Virus record (IMG/VR): IMGVR_UViG_2693429719_000008
Span: 1 to 22,252 of that record
From: a virus
Lineage: Duplodnaviria; Heunggongvirae; Uroviricota; Caudoviricetes
Strand: one strand, 5' to 3'
Length of the DNA: 22,252 nucleotides
Shown: positions 15,054 through 22,252 of the stretch, in pieces
Layout of the letters: each line of letters starts with the position of its first letter
Position numbering within the stretch: the stretch's first letter is position 1
Made by a program: the position numbers and the translations under genes
Notes under the pieces: model-generated
What the model was told of the DNA's origin: nothing
The model's input: the letters and a program-made list of their open reading frames with translations, nothing else
Database searches by the model: none

Positions 15054-16076
15054 ATGAAAGATAACAGACAAAAAGTCGTTCATTATAAAAAAGCAGTAAT
15101 CCCACACAGCAAATCATCATTACAAAACATACTACTTAGTATTATAGGTGAGGGCGGCGTTGCAGAAAAAGTACTTAGTAGACAAGAAAAAATAACACCT
15201 TCAGATGAAAATTCGGGGTATCGTTTCTTAAATAAAAGCGACACATACAAAACTATACTTTTTGGGCAACTGGTTTTATTTGAAAAAGACAAAAGCCAGT
15301 CTCTATTAGAGCTTAGTGATAATGTTAAATTTTATGACATTAACTCCATCACGTCTAATGATATAATTATTGATGGAGATAAACGTAGTGACAAAAAAAG
15401 AGAGTTTGTAGATTCAATTTTATATTTTGGTGTACTAAACAACCATGTCATGATCGTTCAATCCACATCGCTTCGAGCAAGGGAGCTTGAGGCGCATTTG
15501 AATTGGCTAATTAATACATTCACAGATGAAAAAGAATCTGTGTTAATGCTTCAAGATAAGCCATCCGAAGAAACGATGAAAAAAATGGAGAAAGCACCAG
15601 CCAAGAGCATAAAAATTGGTGGATTACCCATTACTTCAGAAGTTAAAAATTCAGAGAACCAAACACCCTCCTTTTCAAATGGTTCGGTGAAGACAATAAA
15701 ATACCGCCCAATAGGGAAAGGAGGTGCGCTACTAAAAGCATTTTTTGGCGATAACTGGGCAAATGATATAAACATTAAAGATTCATTAGATGAGGCCAAT
15801 TTACAAGTAAGCCTCGAGATTACATACTTCAGAAAAACAAATGATAGCGGTCAAGCTGTTATAGACAGTATTGCTACCTCACTACGACATCTAGATGAGG
15901 ATGATATTAGCATCAAACTTCAAGGCGGTGGGGAAATAACGGGAAAAGAGATAAAATTATCCGGAAAAATTAGCGTTGAACATAACAATGGCATTATTGA
16001 TGAAAATGATTTATTCTTAAAAATGCATAAGTGGCTGTTCTCAAAACTTGATGCCGGAGAATTGGTTGCAAAATAA
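15054..16076 (+). CDS. Hypothetical soluble protein in the rexA position, candidate phage-exclusion component
   Basis: 340 aa, AT-rich, directly downstream of cI on the same strand; no Walker or nuclease motif recognised. Confidence 0.5.
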   Translation: MKDNRQKVVHYKKAVIPHSKSSLQNILLSIIGEGGVAEKVLSRQEKITPSDENSGYRFLNKSDTYKTILFGQLVLFEKDKSQSLLELSDNVKFYDINSITSNDIIIDGDKRSDKKREFVDSILYFGVLNNHVMIVQSTSLRARELEAHLNWLINTFTDEKESVLMLQDKPSEETMKKMEKAPAKSIKIGGLPITSEVKNSENQTPSFSNGSVKTIKYRPIGKGGALLKAFFGDNWANDINIKDSLDEANLQVSLEITYFRKTNDSGQAVIDSIATSLRHLDEDDISIKLQGGGEITGKEIKLSGKISVEHNNGIIDENDLFLKMHKWLFSKLDAGELVAK

Positions 16077-16097
16077 CCTACCAAAAGGAGGGCGATA

Positions 16098-16604
16098 ATG
16101 AAATCGAACATCATCCACCTTATTGGTATGTTGGTCTTCTATTTTGCTGGTTACTTTTTGTTCAAGTTAGCATTGGGCTATATTACACCGGGTGTTGTCC
16201 TAACAGCTCCGTGGGCTGTGGTTGGACTCATGCAATTGCCATTATCATATTGTATACAAGCCATTTTTAAGGCAAATGAGGCCAATGACCACTCGTCTTT
16301 AACCCCTAGTGAGGTTAGGCGATTAGTGCCAATAGTCAAATCCAAGAGACTGAAATTGGTTTTATTATTAGCTTTCTATGTATTTTCAACTTTGTTTGTA
16401 ATCTTGGGGTTAATAGCAAGCACAAATGATCAAGCCCTACTCTTCAGGGTCTTAAAAATTTCAGGTGGATTACTCTTTATTTCTCTCTATACCAGTGTAT
16501 TCGTTCATAAAATAATGGTTGAGCTTCAAGAGTTTAAAGCGTTATTAAACCGAAGAGAATCAGAGAAGAAGGAAAGAGAGTCACTCCTGGATAGATTAAA
16601 ATGA
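16098..16604 (+). CDS. Four-TM membrane protein in the rexB position, candidate phage-exclusion component
   Basis: 168 aa with four hydrophobic segments and a charged C-terminal tail (NRRESEKKERESLLDRLK); GGAGG RBS; starts 22 nt after the preceding gene. Confidence 0.5.
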   Translation: MKSNIIHLIGMLVFYFAGYFLFKLALGYITPGVVLTAPWAVVGLMQLPLSYCIQAIFKANEANDHSSLTPSEVRRLVPIVKSKRLKLVLLLAFYVFSTLFVILGLIASTNDQALLFRVLKISGGLLFISLYTSVFVHKIMVELQEFKALLNRRESEKKERESLLDRLK

Positions 16605-16613
16605 CCCCCCCTC

Positions 16614-16640
16614 CCCGGCCGTCGTGCCGGGTTTTCTTTT
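16614..16640 (+). terminator. Rho-independent terminator ending the cI / rex-position operon
   Basis: CCCGGC-CGTCGT-GCCGGG hairpin followed by TTTTCTTTT, 10 nt after the stop. Confidence 0.7.
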
Positions 16641-16765
16641 GCCTCCCCTCATCACACACCGTTCAAAAAACCACCATAACCCCCGCTTCAGTTATCGCTA
16701 TGCGATGCAAGTCACAAAATTAATTCCTTTTGCTATCAAACAGTTAATATCAAAATACATCAATC

Positions 16766-16808
16766 AATAGCAATAAGTATTGATATCACCAATAGCAATA
16801 GCTATTAT
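16766..16808 (+). promoter_or_regulatory. OL / pL: two operator sites overlapping a near-consensus sigma70 promoter reading rightward in the window
   Basis: Operators AATAGCAATAAGTATT (16766-16781) and AATAGCAATAGCTATT (16791-16806), 25-bp spacing, same consensus as OR; -35 TTGATA (16780-16785), 17-nt spacer, -10 TATTAT (16803-16808); operator/promoter overlap geometry is identical to pR. Confidence 0.6.
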
Positions 16809-16881
16809 TACCATGTCGCAACAACACAACGATACGGCAACCACCTGATTCGCCGTTGCGATGACCGCTTAGATCCGCAGC

Positions 16882-17292
16882 TTGAATTTCAGCAGGCTCC
16901 GGGGAGTGCGAGGGGTGAAGCGGACGCGTGAACGTCGGTGTGACCAGCTCAAATCAACTCAACACTTCATACCTCAGTCGCTTCAACGAGGCGGCTTAGT
17001 TATGACAACCGGCGGCCATCCACCGCCTGAATACGCGCAGAAGTCTCTATATGTTCAGCAGCCCAGCTTACGGGCAGGAGTTTTTATGGTTCATCAACAT
17101 TACGGAACTCAGACCGTTAATCGCGGTGCCGTCCGGCCAGGTATGCTGGTTAAACACAAAGATGGTACCTGGACGGCATCAGCTAATTTGCGCGGTCGGC
17201 TTTACTTGCATCGCGGCATCGAACGAACGTACACAAAAGATTTGCTCGTGGAGGTTTACCTGAATGGTACTGGCGGTGGTCTGAGCCACTAA
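16882..17292 (+). CDS. Hypothetical basic protein in the N position (TTG start in the track; alternative ATG at 17002 with GAGG RBS)
   Basis: If read from TTG the N-terminus contains an Arg-rich stretch (RGVRGVKRTRERR) reminiscent of N-type ARM motifs, but the rest shows no resemblance to lambda N. Confidence 0.3.
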   Translation: MNFSRLRGVRGVKRTRERRCDQLKSTQHFIPQSLQRGGLVMTTGGHPPPEYAQKSLYVQQPSLRAGVFMVHQHYGTQTVNRGAVRPGMLVKHKDGTWTASANLRGRLYLHRGIERTYTKDLLVEVYLNGTGGGLSH

Positions 17293-17296
17293 CTAC

Positions 17297-17611
17297 TCAC
17301 TTGTTTGGGCCGTGTGGAGCCAAAGCAAATTCAAGGTTGTAGATACTCCCATCAGGGGCTTTGAAATCAACCTCAAACCGAGATGGCGGATTGAATGGAT
17401 CGAGTACATTTTCTGCTACGCATGTAGATCTCCAATTGATATGGCCTTTGCCAAGCGAGCGAGATTCCCACCAAGCTCTCCAGGTCTGGTCTTGCGGTTG
17501 ATCACTCCCCTTTTCCCTTACATACCAATGATTCTTTTTCGACTGCTTACCCATTTCTGCGGTTGGGTACATCGGAGAAGACTTTAACTTATCAATCAGC
17601 ATTCTAGACAC
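17297..17611 (-). CDS. Hypothetical protein transcribed opposite to the pL operon
   Basis: 104-aa ORF whose stop lies 4 nt from the stop of the convergent 16882..17292 ORF; no family recognised. Confidence 0.4.
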   Translation of the reverse strand: MSRMLIDKLKSSPMYPTAEMGKQSKKNHWYVREKGSDQPQDQTWRAWWESRSLGKGHINWRSTCVAENVLDPFNPPSRFEVDFKAPDGSIYNLEFALAPHGPNK

Positions 17612-17740
17612 CTTATTTATCAGATTTTGAGCAAGACATAGTGTGATCCAACATTTTGATTAATCAAGCGAGTTCATTCAAACAACTATGCAGTTAACGC
17701 ACTGTCTGGATCCGCACATCAAAATTTCAGGAGTTTATCC

Positions 17741-18037
17741 ATGAACGCTTATTACATTCAGGATCGTCTTGAGGCTCAGAGCTGGGCGCGTCACTACCAG
17801 CAGATCGCCCGTGAAGAGAAAGAGGCAGAACTGGCAGACGACATGGAAAAAGGCCTGCCCCAGCACCTGTTTGAATCACTCTGCATCGATCATTTGCAAC
17901 GCCACGGGGCCAGCAAAAAAGCCATTACCCGTGCGTTTGATGACGATGTTGAGTTTCAGGAGCGCATGGCAGAACACATCCGGTACATGGTTGAAACCAT
18001 TGCTCACCACCAGGTTGATATTGATTCAGAGGTATAA
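17741..18037 (+). CDS. gam: Gam, RecBCD inhibitor (short 98-aa form)
   Basis: [60 protein letters not shown]... matches lambda Gam as I recall it; upstream frame is closed by a stop, so the long form is not encoded here. Confidence 0.95.
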   Translation: MNAYYIQDRLEAQSWARHYQQIAREEKEAELADDMEKGLPQHLFESLCIDHLQRHGASKKAITRAFDDDVEFQERMAEHIRYMVETIAHHQVDIDSEV

Positions 18038-18042
18038 AACGG

Positions 18043-18828
18043 ATGAGTACAGCACTCGCAACGCTGGCTGGGAAGCTGGCTGAACGTGTCGGCATGGATT
18101 CTGTCGACCCACAGGAACTGATCACCACTCTTCGTCAGACGGCATTTAAAGGTGATGCCAGCGATGCGCAGTTCATCGCATTGCTGATCGTCGCCAACCA
18201 GTACGGCCTTAATCCGTGGACGAAAGAAATTTACGCCTTCCCCGATAAGCAGAACGGCATCGTTCCGGTGGTGGGCGTTGATGGCTGGTCCCGCATCATC
18301 AACGAAAACCAGCAGTTTGACGGCATGGACTTTGAACAGGACAACGAATCCTGCACATGCCGGATTTACCGCAAAGACCGCAATCATCCGATCTGCGTTA
18401 CCGAGTGGATGGATGAATGCCGCCGCGAACCATTCAAAACCCGCGAAGGCAGAGAAATCACGGGGCCGTGGCAGTCGCATCCCAAACGGATGTTACGGCA
18501 TAAAGCCATGATTCAGTGTGCCCGTCTCGCCTTCGGATTTGCTGGTATCTATGACAAGGATGAAGCCGAGCGCATTGTCGAAAATACCGCATACACTGCA
18601 GAACGTCAGCCGGAACGCGACATCACTCCGGTTAACGATGAAACCATGCAGGAGATTAACACTCTGCTGATTGCCCTGGATAAAACATGGGATGACGACT
18701 TATTGCCGCTCTGTTCCCAGATATTTCGCCGCGACATTCGCGCATCGTCAGAACTGACACAGGCCGAAGCAGTGAAAGCTCTTGGATTCCTGAAACAGAA
18801 AGCCACTGAGCAGAAGGTGGCAGCATGA
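18043..18828 (+). CDS. bet: Bet (Red-beta) single-strand annealing protein
   Basis: 261 aa [66 protein letters not shown]... matches lambda Bet. Confidence 0.95.
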   Translation: MSTALATLAGKLAERVGMDSVDPQELITTLRQTAFKGDASDAQFIALLIVANQYGLNPWTKEIYAFPDKQNGIVPVVGVDGWSRIINENQQFDGMDFEQDNESCTCRIYRKDRNHPICVTEWMDECRREPFKTREGREITGPWQSHPKRMLRHKAMIQCARLAFGFAGIYDKDEAERIVENTAYTAERQPERDITPVNDETMQEINTLLIALDKTWDDDLLPLCSQIFRRDIRASSELTQAEAVKALGFLKQKATEQKVAA

Positions 18829-19505
18829 CACCGTACATTATCCTGCAGCGTACCGGGATCGACGTGAGAGCTGTCGAACAGGGGGATGATGCATGGCACA
18901 AATTACGGCTCGGCGTCATCACCGCTTCAGAAGTTCACAACGTGATAGCAAAGCCCCGATCAGGAAAGAAGTGGCCTGACATGAAAATGTCCTACTTCCA
19001 CACCCTGCTGGCTGAGGTTTGCACCGGTGTGGCTCCGGAAGTTAACGCTAAAGCGCTGGCCTGGGGAAAACAGTACGAGAACGACGCCAGAACCCTGTTT
19101 GAATTCACTTCCGGCGTGAATGTTACTGAATCCCCGATCATCTATCGCGACGAAAGTATGCGCACCGCCTGCTCTCCCGATGGTTTATGCAGTGACGGCA
19201 ATGGCCTTGAGCTGAAATGCCCGTTTACCTCCCGGGATTTCATGAAGTTCCGGCTCGGTGGTTTCGAGGCCATAAAGTCGGCTTACATGGCCCAGGTGCA
19301 GTACAGCATGTGGGTGACGCGAAAAGATGCCTGGTACTTTGCCAACTATGACCCGCGTATGAAGCGTGAAGGACTGCATTATGTCGTGGTTGAGCGGGAT
19401 GAAAAGTACATGGCGGGTTTTGACGAGATGGTGCCGGAGTTCATCGAAAAAATGGACGAGGCACTGGCTGAAATTGGTTTTGTATTTGGGGAGCAATGGC
19501 GATGA
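18825..19505 (+). CDS. exo: Exo (Red-alpha) 5'-3' exonuclease
   Basis: 226 aa [65 protein letters not shown]... matches lambda Exo. Confidence 0.95.
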   Translation: MTPYIILQRTGIDVRAVEQGDDAWHKLRLGVITASEVHNVIAKPRSGKKWPDMKMSYFHTLLAEVCTGVAPEVNAKALAWGKQYENDARTLFEFTSGVNVTESPIIYRDESMRTACSPDGLCSDGNGLELKCPFTSRDFMKFRLGGFEAIKSAYMAQVQYSMWVTRKDAWYFANYDPRMKREGLHYVVVERDEKYMAGFDEMVPEFIEKMDEALAEIGFVFGEQWR

Positions 19506-19684
19506 CGCATCCTCACGATAATATCCGGGTAGGTGCGATCACTTTCGTCTACTCCGTTACAAAGCGAGGCTGGGTATTTCCCGGCCTTTCTGTTATCCAA
19601 AATCCACTGAAAGCCCAGCGGCTGGCTGAGGAGATAAATAATAAACGAGGGGCTGTATGCACAAAGCATCTCCCGTTGAGTTAA
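19496..19684 (+). CDS. lambda orf60a-like small protein
   Basis: 62 aa [31 protein letters not shown]...; position and sequence match what I recall downstream of lambda exo. Confidence 0.65.
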   Translation: MAMTHPHDNIRVGAITFVYSVTKRGWVFPGLSVIQNPLKAQRLAEEINNKRGAVCTKHLPLS

Positions 19685-19848
19685 GAACGAGTATCGAGAT
19701 GGCACATAGCCTCGCTCAAATTGGAGTCAGGTTTGTGCCAATACCAGTAGAAACAGACGAAGAATTTCATACGTTAGCCACATCCCTTTCACAAAAGCTG
19801 GAAATGATGGTGGCGAAAGCAGAAGCAGATGAGAGAGACCAGGTATGA
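19657..19848 (+). CDS. lambda orf63-like small protein
   Basis: 63 aa [63 protein letters not shown]. Confidence 0.65.
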   Translation: MHKASPVELRTSIEMAHSLAQIGVRFVPIPVETDEEFHTLATSLSQKLEMMVAKAEADERDQV

Positions 19849-19928
19849 CAACCACTGAATGCATTTTTCTGGCAGCGGGCTTCATATTCTGTGTGCTTAT
19901 GCTTGCCGACATGGGACTTGTTCAGTGA
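19845..19928 (+). CDS. Possible 27-aa hydrophobic peptide coupled between orf63 and orf61
   Basis: Hand-translated MTTTECIFLAAGFIFCVLMLADMGLVQ; ATG overlaps the orf63 stop and its TGA overlaps the GTG of orf61. Below the ORF-track size cutoff. Confidence 0.3.
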   Translation: MTTTECIFLAAGFIFCVLMLADMGLVQ

Positions 19929-20140
19929 CACCTCAGCAGGAAAACGCCCTTCGCAGTATTGCCCGTCAGGCTAATTATGAAATCAAAAAAGCCAGACAGC
20001 AGTTTCCGGATAAAAACGTCGATGACATTTGCCGTAGCGTACTGAAGAAGCACCGCGAAACGGTAACGCTGATGGGATTCACACCGACTCATTTAAGCCT
20101 GGCGATCGGCATGTTAAACGGCGTCTTTAAGGAACGGTGA
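19925..20140 (+). CDS. lambda orf61-like small protein (GTG start)
   Basis: VTPQQENALRSIARQANYEIKKARQQFPDKNVDDICRSVLKKHRETVTLMGFTPTHLSLAIGMLNGVFKER; the track ORF from 19859 probably over-extends the N-terminus. Confidence 0.55.
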   Translation: MTPQQENALRSIARQANYEIKKARQQFPDKNVDDICRSVLKKHRETVTLMGFTPTHLSLAIGMLNGVFKER

Positions 20141-20162
20141 ACATGAAAAACAAAATCATCAT

Positions 20163-20183
20163 GGAGCTACAGGCTCCTTTTTT
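20163..20183 (+). terminator. Weak rho-independent terminator in the early-left operon
   Basis: GGAGC-TACAG-GCTCC stem-loop followed by TTTTTT. Confidence 0.45.
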
Positions 20184-20238
20184 ATTATTCGCATTCACCC
20201 TCAAGCGTATTAACCAACAATTCAGGGATTAATGAAAG

Positions 20239-20457
20239 ATGGCAGACATCATTGATTCAGCATCAGAAATTGAAGAATTACAGCGCAACACAGCAATAAA
20301 AATGCGCCGCCTGAACCACCAGGCTATATCTGCCACTCATTGTTGTGAGTGTGGCGATCCGATAGATGAACGAAGACGCCTGGCCGTTCAGGGTTGTCGG
20401 ACTTGTGCAAGTTGCCAGGAGGAGATCGAACTTAAGAACAAACAATGGGGACTGTGA
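20239..20457 (+). CDS. TraR/DksA-family C4 zinc-finger protein (lambda orf73-like)
   Basis: 72 aa with CCECGDP...CRTCASC (Cx2C...Cx2C); matches my recollection of lambda Orf73, a TraR homolog. Confidence 0.7.
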   Translation: MADIIDSASEIEELQRNTAIKMRRLNHQAISATHCCECGDPIDERRRLAVQGCRTCASCQEEIELKNKQWGL

Positions 20458-20504
20458 TGGCCTCAAAGCAGCAAATTTCAACATCGTCCAACTGAGGTGT
20501 AAAA

Positions 20505-20744
20505 ATGTTCAGAATCATTTTTCCTAACACCTGGTACGTCGACCACCACGGCACTCCCTGCAAAATCCTGCGTTCTACCCACAACAAAGTTCACTACATC
20601 CGAAAAGGCAGAACATGTATCGCCAGCATGTTCCGCTTTAATCATGACTTTGAACCTGTGAATAAAGCTGATGCAGATCGGATAGCAGAAGAGATCGAAA
20701 CGGCAGAACACATTAAGAAGTTACGTGCCATACGCAGGAAATAG
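20505..20744 (+). CDS. Hypothetical small His/Cys-containing protein (possibly Ea8.5-like)
   Basis: 79-aa ORF between orf73 and xis; the Ea8.5 assignment is positional only. Confidence 0.35.
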   Translation: MFRIIFPNTWYVDHHGTPCKILRSTHNKVHYIRKGRTCIASMFRFNHDFEPVNKADADRIAEEIETAEHIKKLRAIRRK

Positions 20745-20883
20745 AAAAATTGATAAATTCAATACTGCATTTCTCAGCATTAAATTTATCTCTATGACCA
20801 GTCAAGAGATGTACCTGCCATGAGCTTAATATCATGTCAGATATATCGGTCACAAACTCCCTCAGCAGCTAAGAGGAGGACAA

Positions 20884-21120
20884 ATGTCTCGACTAATCAC
20901 TTTACAGGACTGGGCTAAAGAAGAATTTGGGGACTTAGCACCAAGTGAGCGAGTTCTGAAAAAATACGCGCAAGGGAAAATGATGGCCCCACCCGCTATA
21001 AAAGTTGGTCGCTACTGGATGATTGACCGAAATTCCCGTTTTGTAGGAACGCTTGCAGAACCGCAACTCCCAATAAACGCAAACCCAAAACTCCAACGGA
21101 TAATCGCTGATGGCTGCTAG
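20884..21120 (+). CDS. xis: Excisionase-like protein (Xis)
   Basis: 78-aa protein immediately upstream of and overlapping int (MSRLITLQDWAKEEFGDL...VGRYWMIDRNSRFVG); GAGGAGGA RBS; not lambda Xis by sequence. Confidence 0.65.
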   Translation: MSRLITLQDWAKEEFGDLAPSERVLKKYAQGKMMAPPAIKVGRYWMIDRNSRFVGTLAEPQLPINANPKLQRIIADGC

Positions 21121-22252
21121 ACCCCGATCTCACAAAATCTCTATACCCAATTTATATTGCAAATTAGATAAGCGAACCGGAAAGGTATATTGGCAATACA
21201 AACATCCACTATCCGGTCGTTTTCATAGCTTAGGAACTGATGAGAATGAAGCAAAACAAGTTGCTACTGAAGCAAATACCATTATTGCTGAACAACGTAC
21301 TCGACAAATATTAAGCGTCAATGAGCGTCTAGAAAGAATGAAAGGCAGGCGCTCAGACATTACGGTGACAGAATGGCTTGATAAATATATTTCTATCCAG
21401 GAGGACAGGCTGCAACATAATGAACTAAGACCCAACTCCTATCGGCAAAAAGGCAAACCCATTCGTCTTTTCCGTGAGCATTGTGGAATGCAACACCTCA
21501 AGGATATTACCGCACTTGATATTGCCGAAATAATTGATGCTGTAAAGGCTGAAGGTCATAACAGGATGGCGCAAGTCGTGAGAATGGTGTTGATCGACGT
21601 CTTCAAAGAAGCACAACACGCAGGACATGTTCCGCCAGGATTTAACCCAGCGCAGGCAACAAAACAACCGCGAAATCGAGTAAACCGCCAAAGATTATCA
21701 CTGCCCGAATGGCAGGCAATATTTGACAGCGTAAGCAGACGGCAGCCCTATTTAAAATGCGGGATGCTACTTGCTCTTGTCACTGGACAACGTTTAGGCG
21801 ATATCTGCAATTTGAAATTCTCTGATATCTGGGACGACATGTTGCACATTACTCAGGAAAAAACCGGTTCAAAACTTGCTATTCCGCTTAACCTGAAATG
21901 CGATGCTCTGAATATTACCCTTCGTGAAGTTATATCTCAGTGCAGGGATGCTGTTGTTAGTAAATATCTGGTCCATTACCGTCACACAACCTCTCAAGCA
22001 AACAGAGGGGACCAGGTTTCTGCAAATACTCTGACAACGGCTTTTAAAAAGGCCAGGGAAAAATGTGGCATAAAATGGGAGCAAGGAACTGCGCCCACAT
22101 TTCATGAGCAGCGATCTCTGTCAGAACGGTTATATCGGGAACAGGGTCTGGATACGCAAAAGTTGTTAGGTCATAAATCCAGAAAAATGACCGACCGATA
22201 CAATGATGATCGTGGTAAAGACTGGGTTATCGTAGATATGAAAACAGCATAG
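21110..22252 (+). CDS. int: Tyrosine integrase, lambda Int family, with a non-lambda specificity module
   Basis: 380 aa; catalytic-region motifs LVTGQRLGD, FHEQRSLSERLY, LLGHK and MTDRYNDDRG parallel lambda Int (R, H-x-x-R, Y); stop is the last codon of the window. Confidence 0.9.
   Translation: MAARPRSHKISIPNLYCKLDKRTGKVYWQYKHPLSGRFHSLGTDENEAKQVATEANTIIAEQRTRQILSVNERLERMKGRRSDITVTEWLDKYISIQEDRLQHNELRPNSYRQKGKPIRLFREHCGMQHLKDITALDIAEIIDAVKAEGHNRMAQVVRMVLIDVFKEAQHAGHVPPGFNPAQATKQPRNRVNRQRLSLPEWQAIFDSVSRRQPYLKCGMLLALVTGQRLGDICNLKFSDIWDDMLHITQEKTGSKLAIPLNLKCDALNITLREVISQCRDAVVSKYLVHYRHTTSQANRGDQVSANTLTTAFKKAREKCGIKWEQGTAPTFHEQRSLSERLYREQGLDTQKLLGHKSRKMTDRYNDDRGKDWVIVDMKTA

Larger units (their letters stand above)
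1..22252. mobile_element. Lambdoid prophage segment (terminase to integrase), inverted relative to the lambda map; attachment site lies beyond the window
   Basis: Gene order and products along the whole window match a lambda-type genome: A, Nu1, cos, lysis, Q, nin, P, O, cro, cI, gam, bet, exo, xis, int. Confidence 0.9.

Noticed and set aside
15083-16114. Minus-strand ORFs 15083..15292, 15551..15799 and 15920..16114 inside the rex-position genes
   Set aside because: Antisense to the long plus-strand ORFs, low-complexity hydrophobic translations typical of AT-rich antisense frames.
17925-19912. Minus-strand ORFs overlapping gam, bet, exo and the orf60a-orf63 region (17925..18128, 18004..18480, 18606..18922, 19185..19705, 19727..19912)
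   Set aside because: Antisense to lambda-identical recombination genes; no independent support.
1-22252. Scanned for CRISPR arrays, IS elements/transposases and rRNA
   Set aside because: No regularly spaced short repeats with unique spacers, no transposase-like ORF with terminal inverted repeats, and no rRNA-like conserved stretches were seen.

Overview
This window is a contiguous stretch of a mosaic lambdoid (lambda-like) prophage, inverted relative to the standard lambda map. Reading left to right: the 5' part of terminase large subunit A and Nu1 (minus strand), cos, a small cargo cluster, a lysis cassette (holin, R-type endolysin, Rz/Rz1-like spanins), an AT-rich island with a DUF3800-like gene, a Q-like gene, a DLP12-type nin region (ylcG, rusA, ybcO, ninE, ybcN), a repeat-flanked cargo cassette, replication genes P and a hybrid O with iteron origin, a YdaT-like gene, cro, OR, a CI-type repressor, a two-gene module in the rexAB position, OL/pL, then gam-bet-exo-orf60a-orf63-orf61-orf73 and a non-lambda xis-int pair ending exactly at the window end. 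All lambda assignments rest on my recollection of the lambda proteins, not on a database search. The most interesting loci are three unrecognised cargo modules sitting in classic phage accessory hotspots: the rexAB-position pair, the nin-region cassette with a possible HEPN-type protein, and the DUF3800-like gene placed antisense between the Q-like gene and holin. No rRNA, tRNA, CRISPR array or transposase was seen.
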